Shown: positions 40,803-50,353 of the stretch, piece by piece
How positions within the stretch are numbered: the first letter of the stretch is position 1
Layout of the letters: the number at the start of each line of letters is the position of its first letter
IMG/VR virus record: IMGVR_UViG_3300031787_000077
Span: 1-64,000 of that record
DNA length: 64,000 bases
Direction: 5' to 3' (one strand)
Origin: an uncultured virus (IMG/VR IMGVR_UViG_3300031787_000077)
Lineage: Duplodnaviria > Heunggongvirae > Uroviricota > Caudoviricetes
Translations under genes and position numbers: made by a program
The notes under the pieces: model-generated
What the model saw: only the letters and a program-made list of their open reading frames with translations
Told to the model about the DNA's origin: nothing
Databases searched by the model: none

Positions 40803-41708
40803 ATGGCAAACTATCTTAGACCATCATCTTTTGACGAAGTAATCGGCCAAGGCGATACTATCAACCGTCTAAAAATCATGGTGAGAGGCTGTTTAAAATC
40901 TGGAGGGGTGCTACCTCATGTTTTAATTGACGGGCCTCCTGGCCTTGGTAAAACGACAATAGCGGGTGCTATAGCGAACGAGTTGGGGGTCAACTTGTAT
41001 ACGCTCAATGCGGCCAATATCCGTAGCATCAAGAACATCCTTCCGTATTTAATGAGCATATCTCCACGATCAGTATTGTTTATTGATGAGATTCATAGAC
41101 TGCCTAAGATTGTAGAAGAATTTCTATATCCAATCATGGAGGATTTTGTTCTTAGTATTACTGTGAAAGATGATAATGATAAAGAACAACCAACAACTAT
41201 TGATCTTCCGGCCTTTACATTGGTAGGAGCAACAACTAGCGGTGGCAGTTTGAGCCAGCCTTTCTATGATCGTTTTATCATTAAAGAACATCTATCTTTT
41301 TATAACCTGAGTGAGTTAGCCAAACTAGCAGGATTGACAGCAAACAAACTCGGACTAATGATAGACGACTATAGTCTTGAGCAAATTGCTATGAGGAGTA
41401 AAGGTACTCCTAGAATTTTGCAAAGTAGGTTGCACTGGTATAGGAATTATATCATGTGTGAAAAAGATACTAAGAATGATATTGATGCTATTTTTCAACT
41501 ACAGGGTATAGATAGTCAGGGATTAGATGTATATGATAGATTGTACCTAGATATTTTGCGTAAGGCTAAAGGAAATCCTTTAGGATTGAAAACCATATCT
41601 TCTATGACAGGAATAGCCATAGAGACTATTGAAAATAGTATTGAGCCTTATCTTGTAAGAGCTGGATTTATTCAGCGCACACCAAAAGGAAGAATTATAG
41701 TAAAATAG
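40803..41708 (+). CDS. ruvB: Holliday junction branch-migration AAA+ ATPase RuvB
   Basis: LRP..F, GPPGLGKTT, FIDEIHRL, EEFLYPIMEDF, GATT, SKGTPR, EPYL...RTPKGR. Confidence 0.93.
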   Translation: MANYLRPSSFDEVIGQGDTINRLKIMVRGCLKSGGVLPHVLIDGPPGLGKTTIAGAIANELGVNLYTLNAANIRSIKNILPYLMSISPRSVLFIDEIHRLPKIVEEFLYPIMEDFVLSITVKDDNDKEQPTTIDLPAFTLVGATTSGGSLSQPFYDRFIIKEHLSFYNLSELAKLAGLTANKLGLMIDDYSLEQIAMRSKGTPRILQSRLHWYRNYIMCEKDTKNDIDAIFQLQGIDSQGLDVYDRLYLDILRKAKGNPLGLKTISSMTGIAIETIENSIEPYLVRAGFIQRTPKGRIIVK

Positions 41709-41759
41709 AGACTATATAATAGTATTAATAATTCAAAGAATAGCTAAATATAACATATC

Positions 41760-41775
41760 GGTGTATTATATTATG
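41760..41775 (+). promoter_or_regulatory. GGTGTA-type putative late promoter
   Basis: GGTGTATTATATTATG, intergenic, upstream of the protease pair. Confidence 0.5.
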
Positions 41776-41809
41776 CGATTTTTGTTTCACGATAATGGAG
41801 TATTCCACC

Positions 41810-42552
41810 ATGAAACGCATAATATTACTATGGTTATTTTTGATATGCTCAATTTCTTATGGTGGTACTGGTAGTCCCGACACGCCAGATGATAAATATG
41901 TAGATTATGGCAAAAAATTTACATCAGTAGTAAGAATTTGTGGTTCATATAAAAATAATCCACAAGAACAATACTGTGGATCAGCGGTGATTATTAGTCC
42001 TCACTATATTGTGACTGCTGCTCATGTTGTCAGGGGTTCTAGGTCTTGTCATATAGTATTAAATAATAAAAACTATGAAATTACTCAAGTTGTCGCCCAC
42101 CAAGACTTTGAAAAAGATACTTTAGATAGTGCTGATATTGCAGTAGGGTATAGTAAGGAACCTATGAACCTAGACTCTTATCCTGAACTTTATACTGAAC
42201 AAGACGAAAAAAATAAGTCATGTGCATTATCTGGATTTGGTTTTGCTGGTAATTTTAATAGTGGTGCAACATTTAGTGACGGTGAAAGAAGAGCTGGTAC
42301 TAATGTAATAGATTATGTAAATAAGGGGCTATTATTTTGCTCTCCATCAAAACCCCAAGAAAAAAACACAACTAGATTAGAATTTCTAATTGCTAGTGGA
42401 GATAGTGGTGGTGGTCTTTTTATAGGTAATAAATTAGCTGGTATTCATTCATTTATTTTTGCAGATAAAAACCTAAGTCAGATTATCTTACTGAATCAGC
42501 ACACACTAGAATTAGTAAGTATGCGGATTGGATTAAGGAAAACATGAAATGA
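41810..42552 (+). CDS. secreted trypsin-like (S1) serine protease with a frameshift at the A5 run 42467-42471
   Basis: Signal peptide MKRIILLWLFLICS; TAAHV, DIA, GDSGG; the canonical C-terminus HTRISKYADWI lies in the -1 frame and ends in an ATGA overlap at 42549-42552. Confidence 0.8.
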
Positions 42553-43490
42553 AACGCAATGATTATTCTCTATTACCATATACTAGACAAGATATATATG
42601 GATTATCTCCAAAAGTTAGTCAAATTTTAGGGTGGGAAATTATTCAGTTTGATATTGTTGAGCAATGGAAGTATTGTAGTGGTGATGATGTTATTGTGGC
42701 GGTGATAGATACTGGTTGTGATTTAGATCATCCAGATTTATCTAAAAATTTATTACAAGGAATTAATCTTATAGACTCTAAAAAAGACCCAATAGACGAT
42801 AATGGTCATGGCACTCATGTGTGTGGCACTATAGGAGCATCTCATAATAGTATAGGCATGGTTGGTGTAGCGCCAAATACCAAAATTTTACCTATAAAAG
42901 CATTAGATGGTGCTGGATCTGGTAGTAATAAAGATATTGCAAGAGGTATAGTTTATGCTGCTGATAGGGGATCGAATTTGATTGCTATGTCTTTAGGTTC
43001 TCCAAATTTTTCTCAAGCTCTGTATGATGCAATAATTTATGCTACTAAGAAAAATAGTATTATTTTTTGTGCTGCTGGTAATGCTGGAGAAAATACTCCA
43101 ATCATGTATCCAGCAAAACATAAAGAGACCATAGCAATAGGCTCTATTGATCGTAACCTGAATAGATCAACATTTACTTGTAAGGGTGAAGAATTAGATT
43201 TTTTATGTCCAGGACAAGATATATTTAGTTGTGTACCAAATAATACATATGCTATTATGAGTGGAACTAGCATGGCTAATCCATTCGCTGTTGGTTGTGC
43301 CTCATTAGTATTGTCTTTTTATAAATCACAAAAGCAAGAACATAAACTTTCTTCTAAAGAAGACTATATTAATTTATTCAAACAAATGAGTAAGAGTCTG
43401 AAAAATAGCAAATATGCGGGAAAGAAAGAGTATGAAGGATATGGTATAATATACCCAAGTATAGGTAATATTACTGCCCCACCTGCATAA
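42549..43490 (+). CDS. subtilisin-like (S8) serine protease
   Basis: VIDTG, HGTHVCG, AAGN, SGTSMA catalytic triad motifs. Confidence 0.93.
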   Translation: MKRNDYSLLPYTRQDIYGLSPKVSQILGWEIIQFDIVEQWKYCSGDDVIVAVIDTGCDLDHPDLSKNLLQGINLIDSKKDPIDDNGHGTHVCGTIGASHNSIGMVGVAPNTKILPIKALDGAGSGSNKDIARGIVYAADRGSNLIAMSLGSPNFSQALYDAIIYATKKNSIIFCAAGNAGENTPIMYPAKHKETIAIGSIDRNLNRSTFTCKGEELDFLCPGQDIFSCVPNNTYAIMSGTSMANPFAVGCASLVLSFYKSQKQEHKLSSKEDYINLFKQMSKSLKNSKYAGKKEYEGYGIIYPSIGNITAPPA

Positions 43491-43766
43491 TTAATAGTAG
43501 CAAATCTTTGCCCTGTCAAGTGCTTATTTTTTAAGTTGCCGACTTGACTTCGGGCATGGCAAGTGTTATAAGTATGTATCAGATGAAACAAACAATGAAC
43601 TACGACGATAACAATAAACCTAACAAAAGAAAAAGAAATCCAGCAAAAAAGAGCACTAAGCACTTTTTTGATGATGATCAATTTCTCAAACAAAAAATCA
43701 ATAAGGACTTTAAGCAAAGGAAAAAATCCATCGTAGAAGACGATGATGATTGGAAAAATTGGAATA

Positions 43767-44519
43767 ATGAACAATACGAATAATATTCATTATGTATTTG
43801 GTTTACGTCCAGATTTTGGTGGCAAACCTTGGTCTTATTGTCATTATTTATCAGTAAAATCTGCTGCTACTATCAATTCAGGCAGTAATATCTATTTCTG
43901 GCATGAACATGAGCCAGAAGGAGAATGGTGGGATAAAAGTAAACAATACCTCATACTAAAACCAATAAAAGCTCCCACATCTATATTTGATAGACCACTA
44001 TTACACCATGCACATAAGGCGGATGTAATTAGGCTATTAGCATTAAAAGAATTTGGTGGAACCTATATTGATAGCGATGTGATTTGTCTCAAGCCATTTG
44101 ATACAATACAACATTGTGGCTTTTGGGGAGGCAAGCAGTATGACTATGGATTATGTAATGCGACTATGGGAGGATGTAGTGGGGCCTTATTTATTGATTT
44201 ATGGTTAGACACATTCAAAACTTTCAGAAGCCAAGGTTGGGACCAATACTGGGATGAACACGCAGTCAAGATTCCGAGACAACTATCACAAATATATCCT
44301 AATTTAGTAACAGTTTTAGATCAAGAACTTTTTTTCTGGCCCTTTTGTCATCAAATAAAAGATATCTTTGAGAGTGATAAACCCAAATATCTACAAAGAT
44401 CATATTCAGTACATTTATGGGAAACAATATCTTGGAACTGGCTGAGTCAATTAACTCCAGATACTATAAATCGAAATAGTGAATTAGGAATTATTCTACA
44501 AGAAAATAATATTATATGA
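43767..44519 (+). CDS. DXD glycosyltransferase (GT32-like)
   Basis: IHYVF, HKADVIRLLALKEFGGTYIDSD. Confidence 0.8.
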   Translation: MNNTNNIHYVFGLRPDFGGKPWSYCHYLSVKSAATINSGSNIYFWHEHEPEGEWWDKSKQYLILKPIKAPTSIFDRPLLHHAHKADVIRLLALKEFGGTYIDSDVICLKPFDTIQHCGFWGGKQYDYGLCNATMGGCSGALFIDLWLDTFKTFRSQGWDQYWDEHAVKIPRQLSQIYPNLVTVLDQELFFWPFCHQIKDIFESDKPKYLQRSYSVHLWETISWNWLSQLTPDTINRNSELGIILQENNII

Positions 44520-44749
44520 TACGCAAAATTAAAACATTCTTGAAATCCTTATTATTTCATATTCATGCTGGTTTACCAAAAAGTAGTCAGGCAGAAATTA
44601 ATCGCAGATATGATATTTGTATAAGTTGTGATAGTTTTGACACTGTTCATTCTCAATGCAAACAATGTGGATGTAATATTAATAATAAGAAAATGTTTAT
44701 GAATAAATTAGCGTGGGCAGACCAAAAGTGTCCTCTTAATAAGTGGTGA
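44516..44749 (+). CDS. small Cys-rich zinc-binding protein
   Basis: RYDICISC...CKQCGC...KCPLNKW. Confidence 0.65.
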   Translation: MIRKIKTFLKSLLFHIHAGLPKSSQAEINRRYDICISCDSFDTVHSQCKQCGCNINNKKMFMNKLAWADQKCPLNKW

Positions 44750-44752
44750 AAT

Positions 44753-45301
44753 ATGAAAACAGCTCAAACTCAATATCATAAAAGTAAAATTAATTATGTG
44801 CGTGGCAATCTATTTGATTATGCTCATGATTATACCAAACAGGGTAATAGAGGGTGCAGCGTTATAGTACCTCATGTGTGCAATAACTCTAATGCTTTTG
44901 GTGCAGGTTTTGCTGGTGTATTAGGCGACAAATATCCTATAGTTAAAGAAAACTATCACCTTTTAGGTTCAACATTTTTAAAGAATAATCTTGGATATGT
45001 GCAGTTTGTTGAGGTTAGTAAAGATAATACTTATGGCCACAAACTAATATTTGCGAATATGATTGCTCAGAATGGTTTAATTTCTAAGACTAATCCTAGA
45101 CCGCTAAATTATTATGCATTATGCAAAAGCATGAGTAATGTATATCGTTATATTACAACTAACTTTTCTTCTGATAATAAAGTTGAAATTCATGCTCCAA
45201 AATTTGGTAGCGGTTTGGCTGGTGGTAATTGGAAATTTATTGCTGATCTAATAGACGACATATGGTCAAATTATCCAGTATTCGTATATGAGTACAAATG
45301 A
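44753..45301 (+). CDS. macro domain protein (Poa1p/TARG1-like)
   Basis: GNLF, HVCN...FGAGFA, NMIAQ, PKFGSGLAGGNW. Confidence 0.82.
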   Translation: MKTAQTQYHKSKINYVRGNLFDYAHDYTKQGNRGCSVIVPHVCNNSNAFGAGFAGVLGDKYPIVKENYHLLGSTFLKNNLGYVQFVEVSKDNTYGHKLIFANMIAQNGLISKTNPRPLNYYALCKSMSNVYRYITTNFSSDNKVEIHAPKFGSGLAGGNWKFIADLIDDIWSNYPVFVYEYK

Positions 45302-45597
45302 TACCAGATAATATTATTATATATCTACTAGTAGTTCTGAATATTATACTGGTGGCTCTTGGGTATTTATTAGGCAGATTACATAATGGTAATACAGACT
45401 ATGTTTATAGTATCGGTAACAAAAAGAACAATTCAACAGCACCATCCAAAACACCTATACAAATCAATGAACAAAAATTTGTGACTGATATTAAAACAGA
45501 CAATATAGAGAAAAAATTTGAAACCTTGGGTGATACTAAAACAAGTGAAGAAAACATATCATCAGCAATCAATAAACTAAAGAATATGAAAGGGTGA
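45298..45597 (+). CDS. single-pass membrane protein upstream of the actin-like ATPase
   Basis: N-terminal TM helix followed by a hydrophilic tail ending SAINKLKNMKG. Confidence 0.7.
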   Translation: MIPDNIIIYLLVVLNIILVALGYLLGRLHNGNTDYVYSIGNKKNNSTAPSKTPIQINEQKFVTDIKTDNIEKKFETLGDTKTSEENISSAINKLKNMKG

Positions 45598-45601
45598 AAT
45601 T

Positions 45602-46606
45602 ATGGCAATCGGATTAGACGTTGGTACAAGTTATATTGTGGCTTCTAGAGAAAATAATGGCAATGTGGAATATAAGGACTTTAGAGACGCTTTTTATATT
45701 ATTAAGCCAACAACACCAGTAGCCACCAAAATGATTGAGAAAGGACTATCTGGTAAGATTTTCATTAAGGATAGTGATGGTTCTTTTATTATTCTTGGTA
45801 AAGACGCTTTAGAAAAAGCTATAGAAAGAAATGATACGGCTAAACGCCCAATGTATCGTGGAGTAGTTTCAGCCAAAGAAAAAGACGCTAAAAGAATTCT
45901 AGCTTTTATTCTTAAAGAAGTTGTTGGAACAGCCTCAGAACCCAATGAACCACTAGTTTTCTGCGTTCCTGCACAACCAGTTGATCAAGATGATGAAGAT
46001 TTTGATGTTGGATATCATGAAGATGTAGTAAAGACTGTGCTAGCAGAATGTGGCTATAATGCTCGTGCTATTAATGAAGCAGAAGCTCTGTGTTATGCGG
46101 AACTAGAATCCGATGATTATACTGGCATTGGAATAAGTTGTGGAGCAGGAATGACGAATGTTTGTGTGATGCTTAACGGCGAGCCAACTGTGGTTTTTAG
46201 TACCACCAAGAGTGGCGATTGGATTGATCGTATGAGTGCCGTAGCCACAGGAGAAACGGACAGTGTTGTTCAGGCTGAAAAAGAGGGCGGCGATTTTAAA
46301 ATTGGCGAACCAAATGATAATCCTGTGTTGTCCGCAGTTTCAGCATATTATGAAAGATTAATTGACTATACAACCAAGCAACTATCTGCTGCACTATCTA
46401 ATCATAAATCATTACCCAAATTTAAAAATCCCATTAAAATTGTGATTGCTGGGGGAACATCACAAGCAAAAGGATATATTAGTAATTTTCAAATGAAACT
46501 GAACGACAATGGTTTTCCATTACAAGTTAAAGAAGTGGTTCACGCTAATGATCCACTCCATGCGGTATCGAAGGGTTGTCTGATAGCATCAAAGGCTCTA
46601 TCATAA
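45602..46606 (+). CDS. actin-like ATPase (MreB/MamK/ParM superfamily)
   Basis: Phosphate-1 GLDVGT, connect-1 INEAEA, phosphate-2 SCGAGMT, SGDWID, adenosine IAGGTS, AVSKG. Confidence 0.85.
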   Translation: MAIGLDVGTSYIVASRENNGNVEYKDFRDAFYIIKPTTPVATKMIEKGLSGKIFIKDSDGSFIILGKDALEKAIERNDTAKRPMYRGVVSAKEKDAKRILAFILKEVVGTASEPNEPLVFCVPAQPVDQDDEDFDVGYHEDVVKTVLAECGYNARAINEAEALCYAELESDDYTGIGISCGAGMTNVCVMLNGEPTVVFSTTKSGDWIDRMSAVATGETDSVVQAEKEGGDFKIGEPNDNPVLSAVSAYYERLIDYTTKQLSAALSNHKSLPKFKNPIKIVIAGGTSQAKGYISNFQMKLNDNGFPLQVKEVVHANDPLHAVSKGCLIASKALS

Positions 46607-46740
46607 TGACAGAGATCTTATTAATATTTTTTATAGTTTTGGGTTTGAGTGTTGGTATTTTAGATTCGTTTCGTAAACTAGAAAATAATACAACTATTAT
46701 TAAGCATTCTAGCATATTTAATTACTGGCTAGGGAAATAA
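46606..46740 (+). CDS. 44-aa membrane peptide (not in ORF track)
   Basis: MTEILLIFFIVLGLSVGILDSF...; TAATG overlap with the actin-like gene. Confidence 0.55.
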   Translation: MTEILLIFFIVLGLSVGILDSFRKLENNTTIIKHSSIFNYWLGK

Positions 46741-46741
46741 A

Positions 46742-47602
46742 ATGACTGATATAGAACAAATCATACTTGTAACAAAACCATATCAAGAATCTTACGAAGA
46801 GAAAGTAAGATCAGGACAACAATTTTTATCTAATCAAAATATAATATTTACAGGACTTGTGAGAGATGCTGAAACTGTTTTAGAAAAGAATATTTCTAAA
46901 CTTGAGAATTTTGCTCGGAAATACTGCCATAGCTATAAAATAGTTTTATATGAAAATGATTCTATTGACAATACAAAAAATATACTAAAAACTTTATCTA
47001 TTCAGAATCCAAACATACATATCATATTAGAGACTTTGTCAAGACCTAAGTTTGGCCCAGTGAAAGACAAAAGTAGAACAGAAGCACTAGCCGAATATCG
47101 TAATAAATGTCAATCATTGATTAAGTCTCAATATCCTGATACAGATTTTATTATAACAATAGATTTGGATTTTCAAGACTTTAGCGAAAATGGTTTATTT
47201 AATTCTTTTGGTTGGCTACAAGAAAATGCTGATATAGGAGGTATGTCAGGTAATAGTTTTGCATTAAGGTCACTTTTTAATCAGTCGCAAGCTTTATGGA
47301 ATTATGATAGTTGGGCTTATCGTGGATCGTGGTGGGAAGATACCACACGATTTAACAATTCACCTTATCAAACTTATGATAGTTCATTATGGTTTGGATT
47401 ATGGCTACCACCAAGAGGATCAACGCCATTTAAAGTTAATAGTGCATTTGGTGGATCTTGTATATATCGCTCAAAATATTATTTTAATGGAATTTATGGT
47501 GGACAAGATTGTGAGCACGTAGTATTCCATTATAATTTATATCAACAAAATAATTTTAATTTATATCTAAATCCATCACAAATTATGCTATTATCAATGT
47601 AA
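46742..47602 (+). CDS. GT-A fold glycosyltransferase (CAP59/GT69-like)
   Basis: YENDSID, LAEYRN, IDLD, VNSAFGG, CEHV. Confidence 0.75.
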   Translation: MTDIEQIILVTKPYQESYEEKVRSGQQFLSNQNIIFTGLVRDAETVLEKNISKLENFARKYCHSYKIVLYENDSIDNTKNILKTLSIQNPNIHIILETLSRPKFGPVKDKSRTEALAEYRNKCQSLIKSQYPDTDFIITIDLDFQDFSENGLFNSFGWLQENADIGGMSGNSFALRSLFNQSQALWNYDSWAYRGSWWEDTTRFNNSPYQTYDSSLWFGLWLPPRGSTPFKVNSAFGGSCIYRSKYYFNGIYGGQDCEHVVFHYNLYQQNNFNLYLNPSQIMLLSM

Positions 47603-47620
47603 ATCAATACGGAACATAAA

Positions 47621-47980
47621 ATGTTTGTTATAAAAAAATGGGGTTATGAATTTTGGATTGAAAATAATAATAAATATTGTGGTAAACATTTACATATAAT
47701 ACCAACCAGATTTTGCTCGGCACATTATCATAAAAATAAACAAGAGACATTTTATGTCATAAATGGTGAATTATTATTAGAATACTCATCAGATCAAAGT
47801 ATAGAAACTTGGCAATATGGGGTTAAACATAAAAAGATATTGAAGTCAGGCGATTCTTTTACTATCATGCCAAATATTGTACACAGATTTTCTAGTAATC
47901 TTAATACCCCTTGTGATTTTATAGAAATTTCTACATATCATAGTGATGATGATGTTTATAGGATTATAGAAAGTTTCTAA
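47621..47980 (+). CDS. cupin sugar(-phosphate) isomerase-like protein
   Basis: KKWGYE, SAHYHKNKQETF, HRF, IEIST. Confidence 0.75.
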   Translation: MFVIKKWGYEFWIENNNKYCGKHLHIIPTRFCSAHYHKNKQETFYVINGELLLEYSSDQSIETWQYGVKHKKILKSGDSFTIMPNIVHRFSSNLNTPCDFIEISTYHSDDDVYRIIESF

Positions 47981-48273
47981 TGATCTATTATATAGATATC
48001 GATAATACTATATGTCATACCATTGATAGTAATTATTGGAGGGCTAAGCCCCTAAAAGATAGAATTACTAAAATCAATAATCTCTTCCATGCGGGACACA
48101 CAATAATATATTGGTCTGCTAGAGGATCACATTCTGGTAAAGATTGGTATGATTTTACAGATCAGCAACTTAATGACTGGGGATGCCTAAGACATAAGCT
48201 AGTTCTACAAAAGCCAGCATATGATATATTTATTGATGATAAAGTTATAAATACAAAGGACTTCTTTGAATAA
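47980..48273 (+). CDS. small HAD-family phosphatase
   Basis: DIDNT, WSARG, KP..D.FIDDK. Confidence 0.75.
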   Translation: MIYYIDIDNTICHTIDSNYWRAKPLKDRITKINNLFHAGHTIIYWSARGSHSGKDWYDFTDQQLNDWGCLRHKLVLQKPAYDIFIDDKVINTKDFFE

Positions 48274-49040
48274 TGAAACATATAGCAGTTATTGGAGAAG
48301 TATGTACTGATGAATATATATTTGGTCAATGTGATAGAGTGTGTCCAGAAGCTCCATCATTATGCTTTAATCACAATAATAAGAAACATACAAATGTAGG
48401 TATGGCTGGTAATGTTTATAGTAATTTAGTGTCGCTCAATAACAATAGTTATCTATTTAATATAGATTTAATAGCACCAGTATCGGACATTATAAAAAGA
48501 AGATTTGTAGATACTAGATATAACAGTGTAGTATTTAGAGAAGATATTAATGATAGTGTATCAAAAATAGATTTACATAAATATGTTTTTAATCAGTATG
48601 ATTGTATTGTTTTTGCGGATTATTGCAAGGGCTTTTTATTAGAATCAGATATACAATATATTTGTGAACAAAAAAAGAATACTTGTATTACGTTTTTAGA
48701 TACTAAAAAACAACTTAAAAGTCTAGCTCCTTATATTAATTTCATAAAAATTAATCATCTTGAATACAAGAATAATATGCAATATTTAGATATTATTACT
48801 GAATATGCAAAATTAATAGTGACATACGGCGAAGAAGGAGCAAAAGCATTTACAAAAACAGATGTCAAACACTATCCTTCTAAGAAAGTAATTTTAAGAG
48901 ACGTTTGTGGTGCTGGTGATACATTTTTAGCAGCATTAGTATTTAATTATTTGGATACAAATAATATAGATATGGCTATAAATTTTGCTAATACTTGCGC
49001 ATCAAAAGTAGTCTCACAAGTTGGTGTGGCTACTATATGA
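48273..49040 (+). CDS. HldE/RfaE domain I-like heptose-phosphate kinase (PfkB family)
   Basis: RVCPEAP, GMAGNV, DYCKG, DVCGAGDTF. Confidence 0.85.
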   Translation: MKHIAVIGEVCTDEYIFGQCDRVCPEAPSLCFNHNNKKHTNVGMAGNVYSNLVSLNNNSYLFNIDLIAPVSDIIKRRFVDTRYNSVVFREDINDSVSKIDLHKYVFNQYDCIVFADYCKGFLLESDIQYICEQKKNTCITFLDTKKQLKSLAPYINFIKINHLEYKNNMQYLDIITEYAKLIVTYGEEGAKAFTKTDVKHYPSKKVILRDVCGAGDTFLAALVFNYLDTNNIDMAINFANTCASKVVSQVGVATI

Positions 49041-49438
49041 CAACAGTTTGGACGAATGGATGTTTCGATATCCTACATATAGGACATATCGAATTGTTTA
49101 AATACGCTAGATCTTTAGGGGATCAACTAATTGTTGGTATTGATAGTGATAATAGGGTTCGATCCCTAAAAGGCACATCTCGACCAATTAATAATCAAGA
49201 ATATAGAAAACAACTATTAAATAGTATTAAATATATAGATAATGTTGTGATTTTTAATTCTGATACTGAACTAAAGGAAAATATTAAGATATTTCATGTT
49301 GATATGATAGTTATTGGTGATGATTATAAAGATCGATATGTAATAGGATCTGAATTAGTGAAGAATATAATTTTTATGCCAAAAATTTTAAATATATCAA
49401 CCACATCTATTTTAGAAAGAATACATTCAGATGCATGA
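49037..49438 (+). CDS. HldE/RfaE domain II-like heptose-1-phosphate nucleotidyltransferase
   Basis: TNGCFDILHIGH, KG..RPIN, GDDY, STTSILER. Confidence 0.87.
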   Translation: MTTVWTNGCFDILHIGHIELFKYARSLGDQLIVGIDSDNRVRSLKGTSRPINNQEYRKQLLNSIKYIDNVVIFNSDTELKENIKIFHVDMIVIGDDYKDRYVIGSELVKNIIFMPKILNISTTSILERIHSDA

Positions 49439-50351
49439 TCTTGATATTATCCATAACTTCTATAAAGATATCAATAAAAAAGTATCTTATCCTATTGACT
49501 TTCAAAACTTTACACTTATTAATGCCAATACTGGCATTGGTGATGCCCTATCTTTATATATTATAGACTCACCTATAAAAGACAATAATATTAAAGTAAT
49601 AGTTCAACATCCTTCGATAGTTCAAGAATTAGCACAATATAACAATTATATACCAACAATTAATCATCAACATAATTGGTATAGTAGTATAATAAGCGTA
49701 TTAGATATTCAATTATACTCTAATTTTGGTGGTCATTTTTTACAAAAAAATCAACAATTTCTAGGCTTAGATACTGATATAATACCGAGACCTAAATTAG
49801 TATCTAGTGCTCAAATAGAATCTAATAAAGTTGTTATGACTTTTGACAAAGGAATTGTGCATCAACAACATATACATCCTAGAGCTAGAATTATATACGA
49901 TGAATCAAAACAAATTATTCAAACATTTATTAATAATCATAAACATCAATATCGTTTTGTGGAAGTTGGTAAGTATTCTTTAGGTCTTGATAATGTAGAA
50001 AATAAAACTAATATAGGTATACGCGGCACGGCAGATGAAATAGCGTCATGCGAATATTTTTTTGGTAATCATAATGGATTAATGCATATCGCAGCAGGTT
50101 TAGAAAAAAAATCTATTATTATTGTGAATTTTCCTAGTGCCAAAGATATTATCTTACCGTGTCTCAAAAAAGTAAATATACCAGATATTGATTGGTTATA
50201 TCCACAAAACACACATCTGCATCAAGATAATGACGGCCTATTAGTCAAGAAACTTACATATGAAAACATACAAAAGGCATTTAATGGTGAAATATATCCA
50301 TTTTTTCAAAATAATTATATTTTTAATACCTTTCAAAATTTAATGAGTTAA
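49431..50351 (+). CDS. GT9-like (heptosyltransferase-type) glycosyltransferase
   Basis: GIGDAL; IASCEYFFGNHNGLMHIAAGL. Confidence 0.68.
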   Translation: MHDLDIIHNFYKDINKKVSYPIDFQNFTLINANTGIGDALSLYIIDSPIKDNNIKVIVQHPSIVQELAQYNNYIPTINHQHNWYSSIISVLDIQLYSNFGGHFLQKNQQFLGLDTDIIPRPKLVSSAQIESNKVVMTFDKGIVHQQHIHPRARIIYDESKQIIQTFINNHKHQYRFVEVGKYSLGLDNVENKTNIGIRGTADEIASCEYFFGNHNGLMHIAAGLEKKSIIIVNFPSAKDIILPCLKKVNIPDIDWLYPQNTHLHQDNDGLLVKKLTYENIQKAFNGEIYPFFQNNYIFNTFQNLMS

Positions 50352-50353
50352 TT

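Noticed and set aside
43494..43519. Antisense sigma70 promoter pointing into the subtilase gene
   Set aside because: TTGACA is present on the minus strand, but the best -10 (TACTAT) is only 14 nt away and the 17-nt option (TATTAA) is poor.
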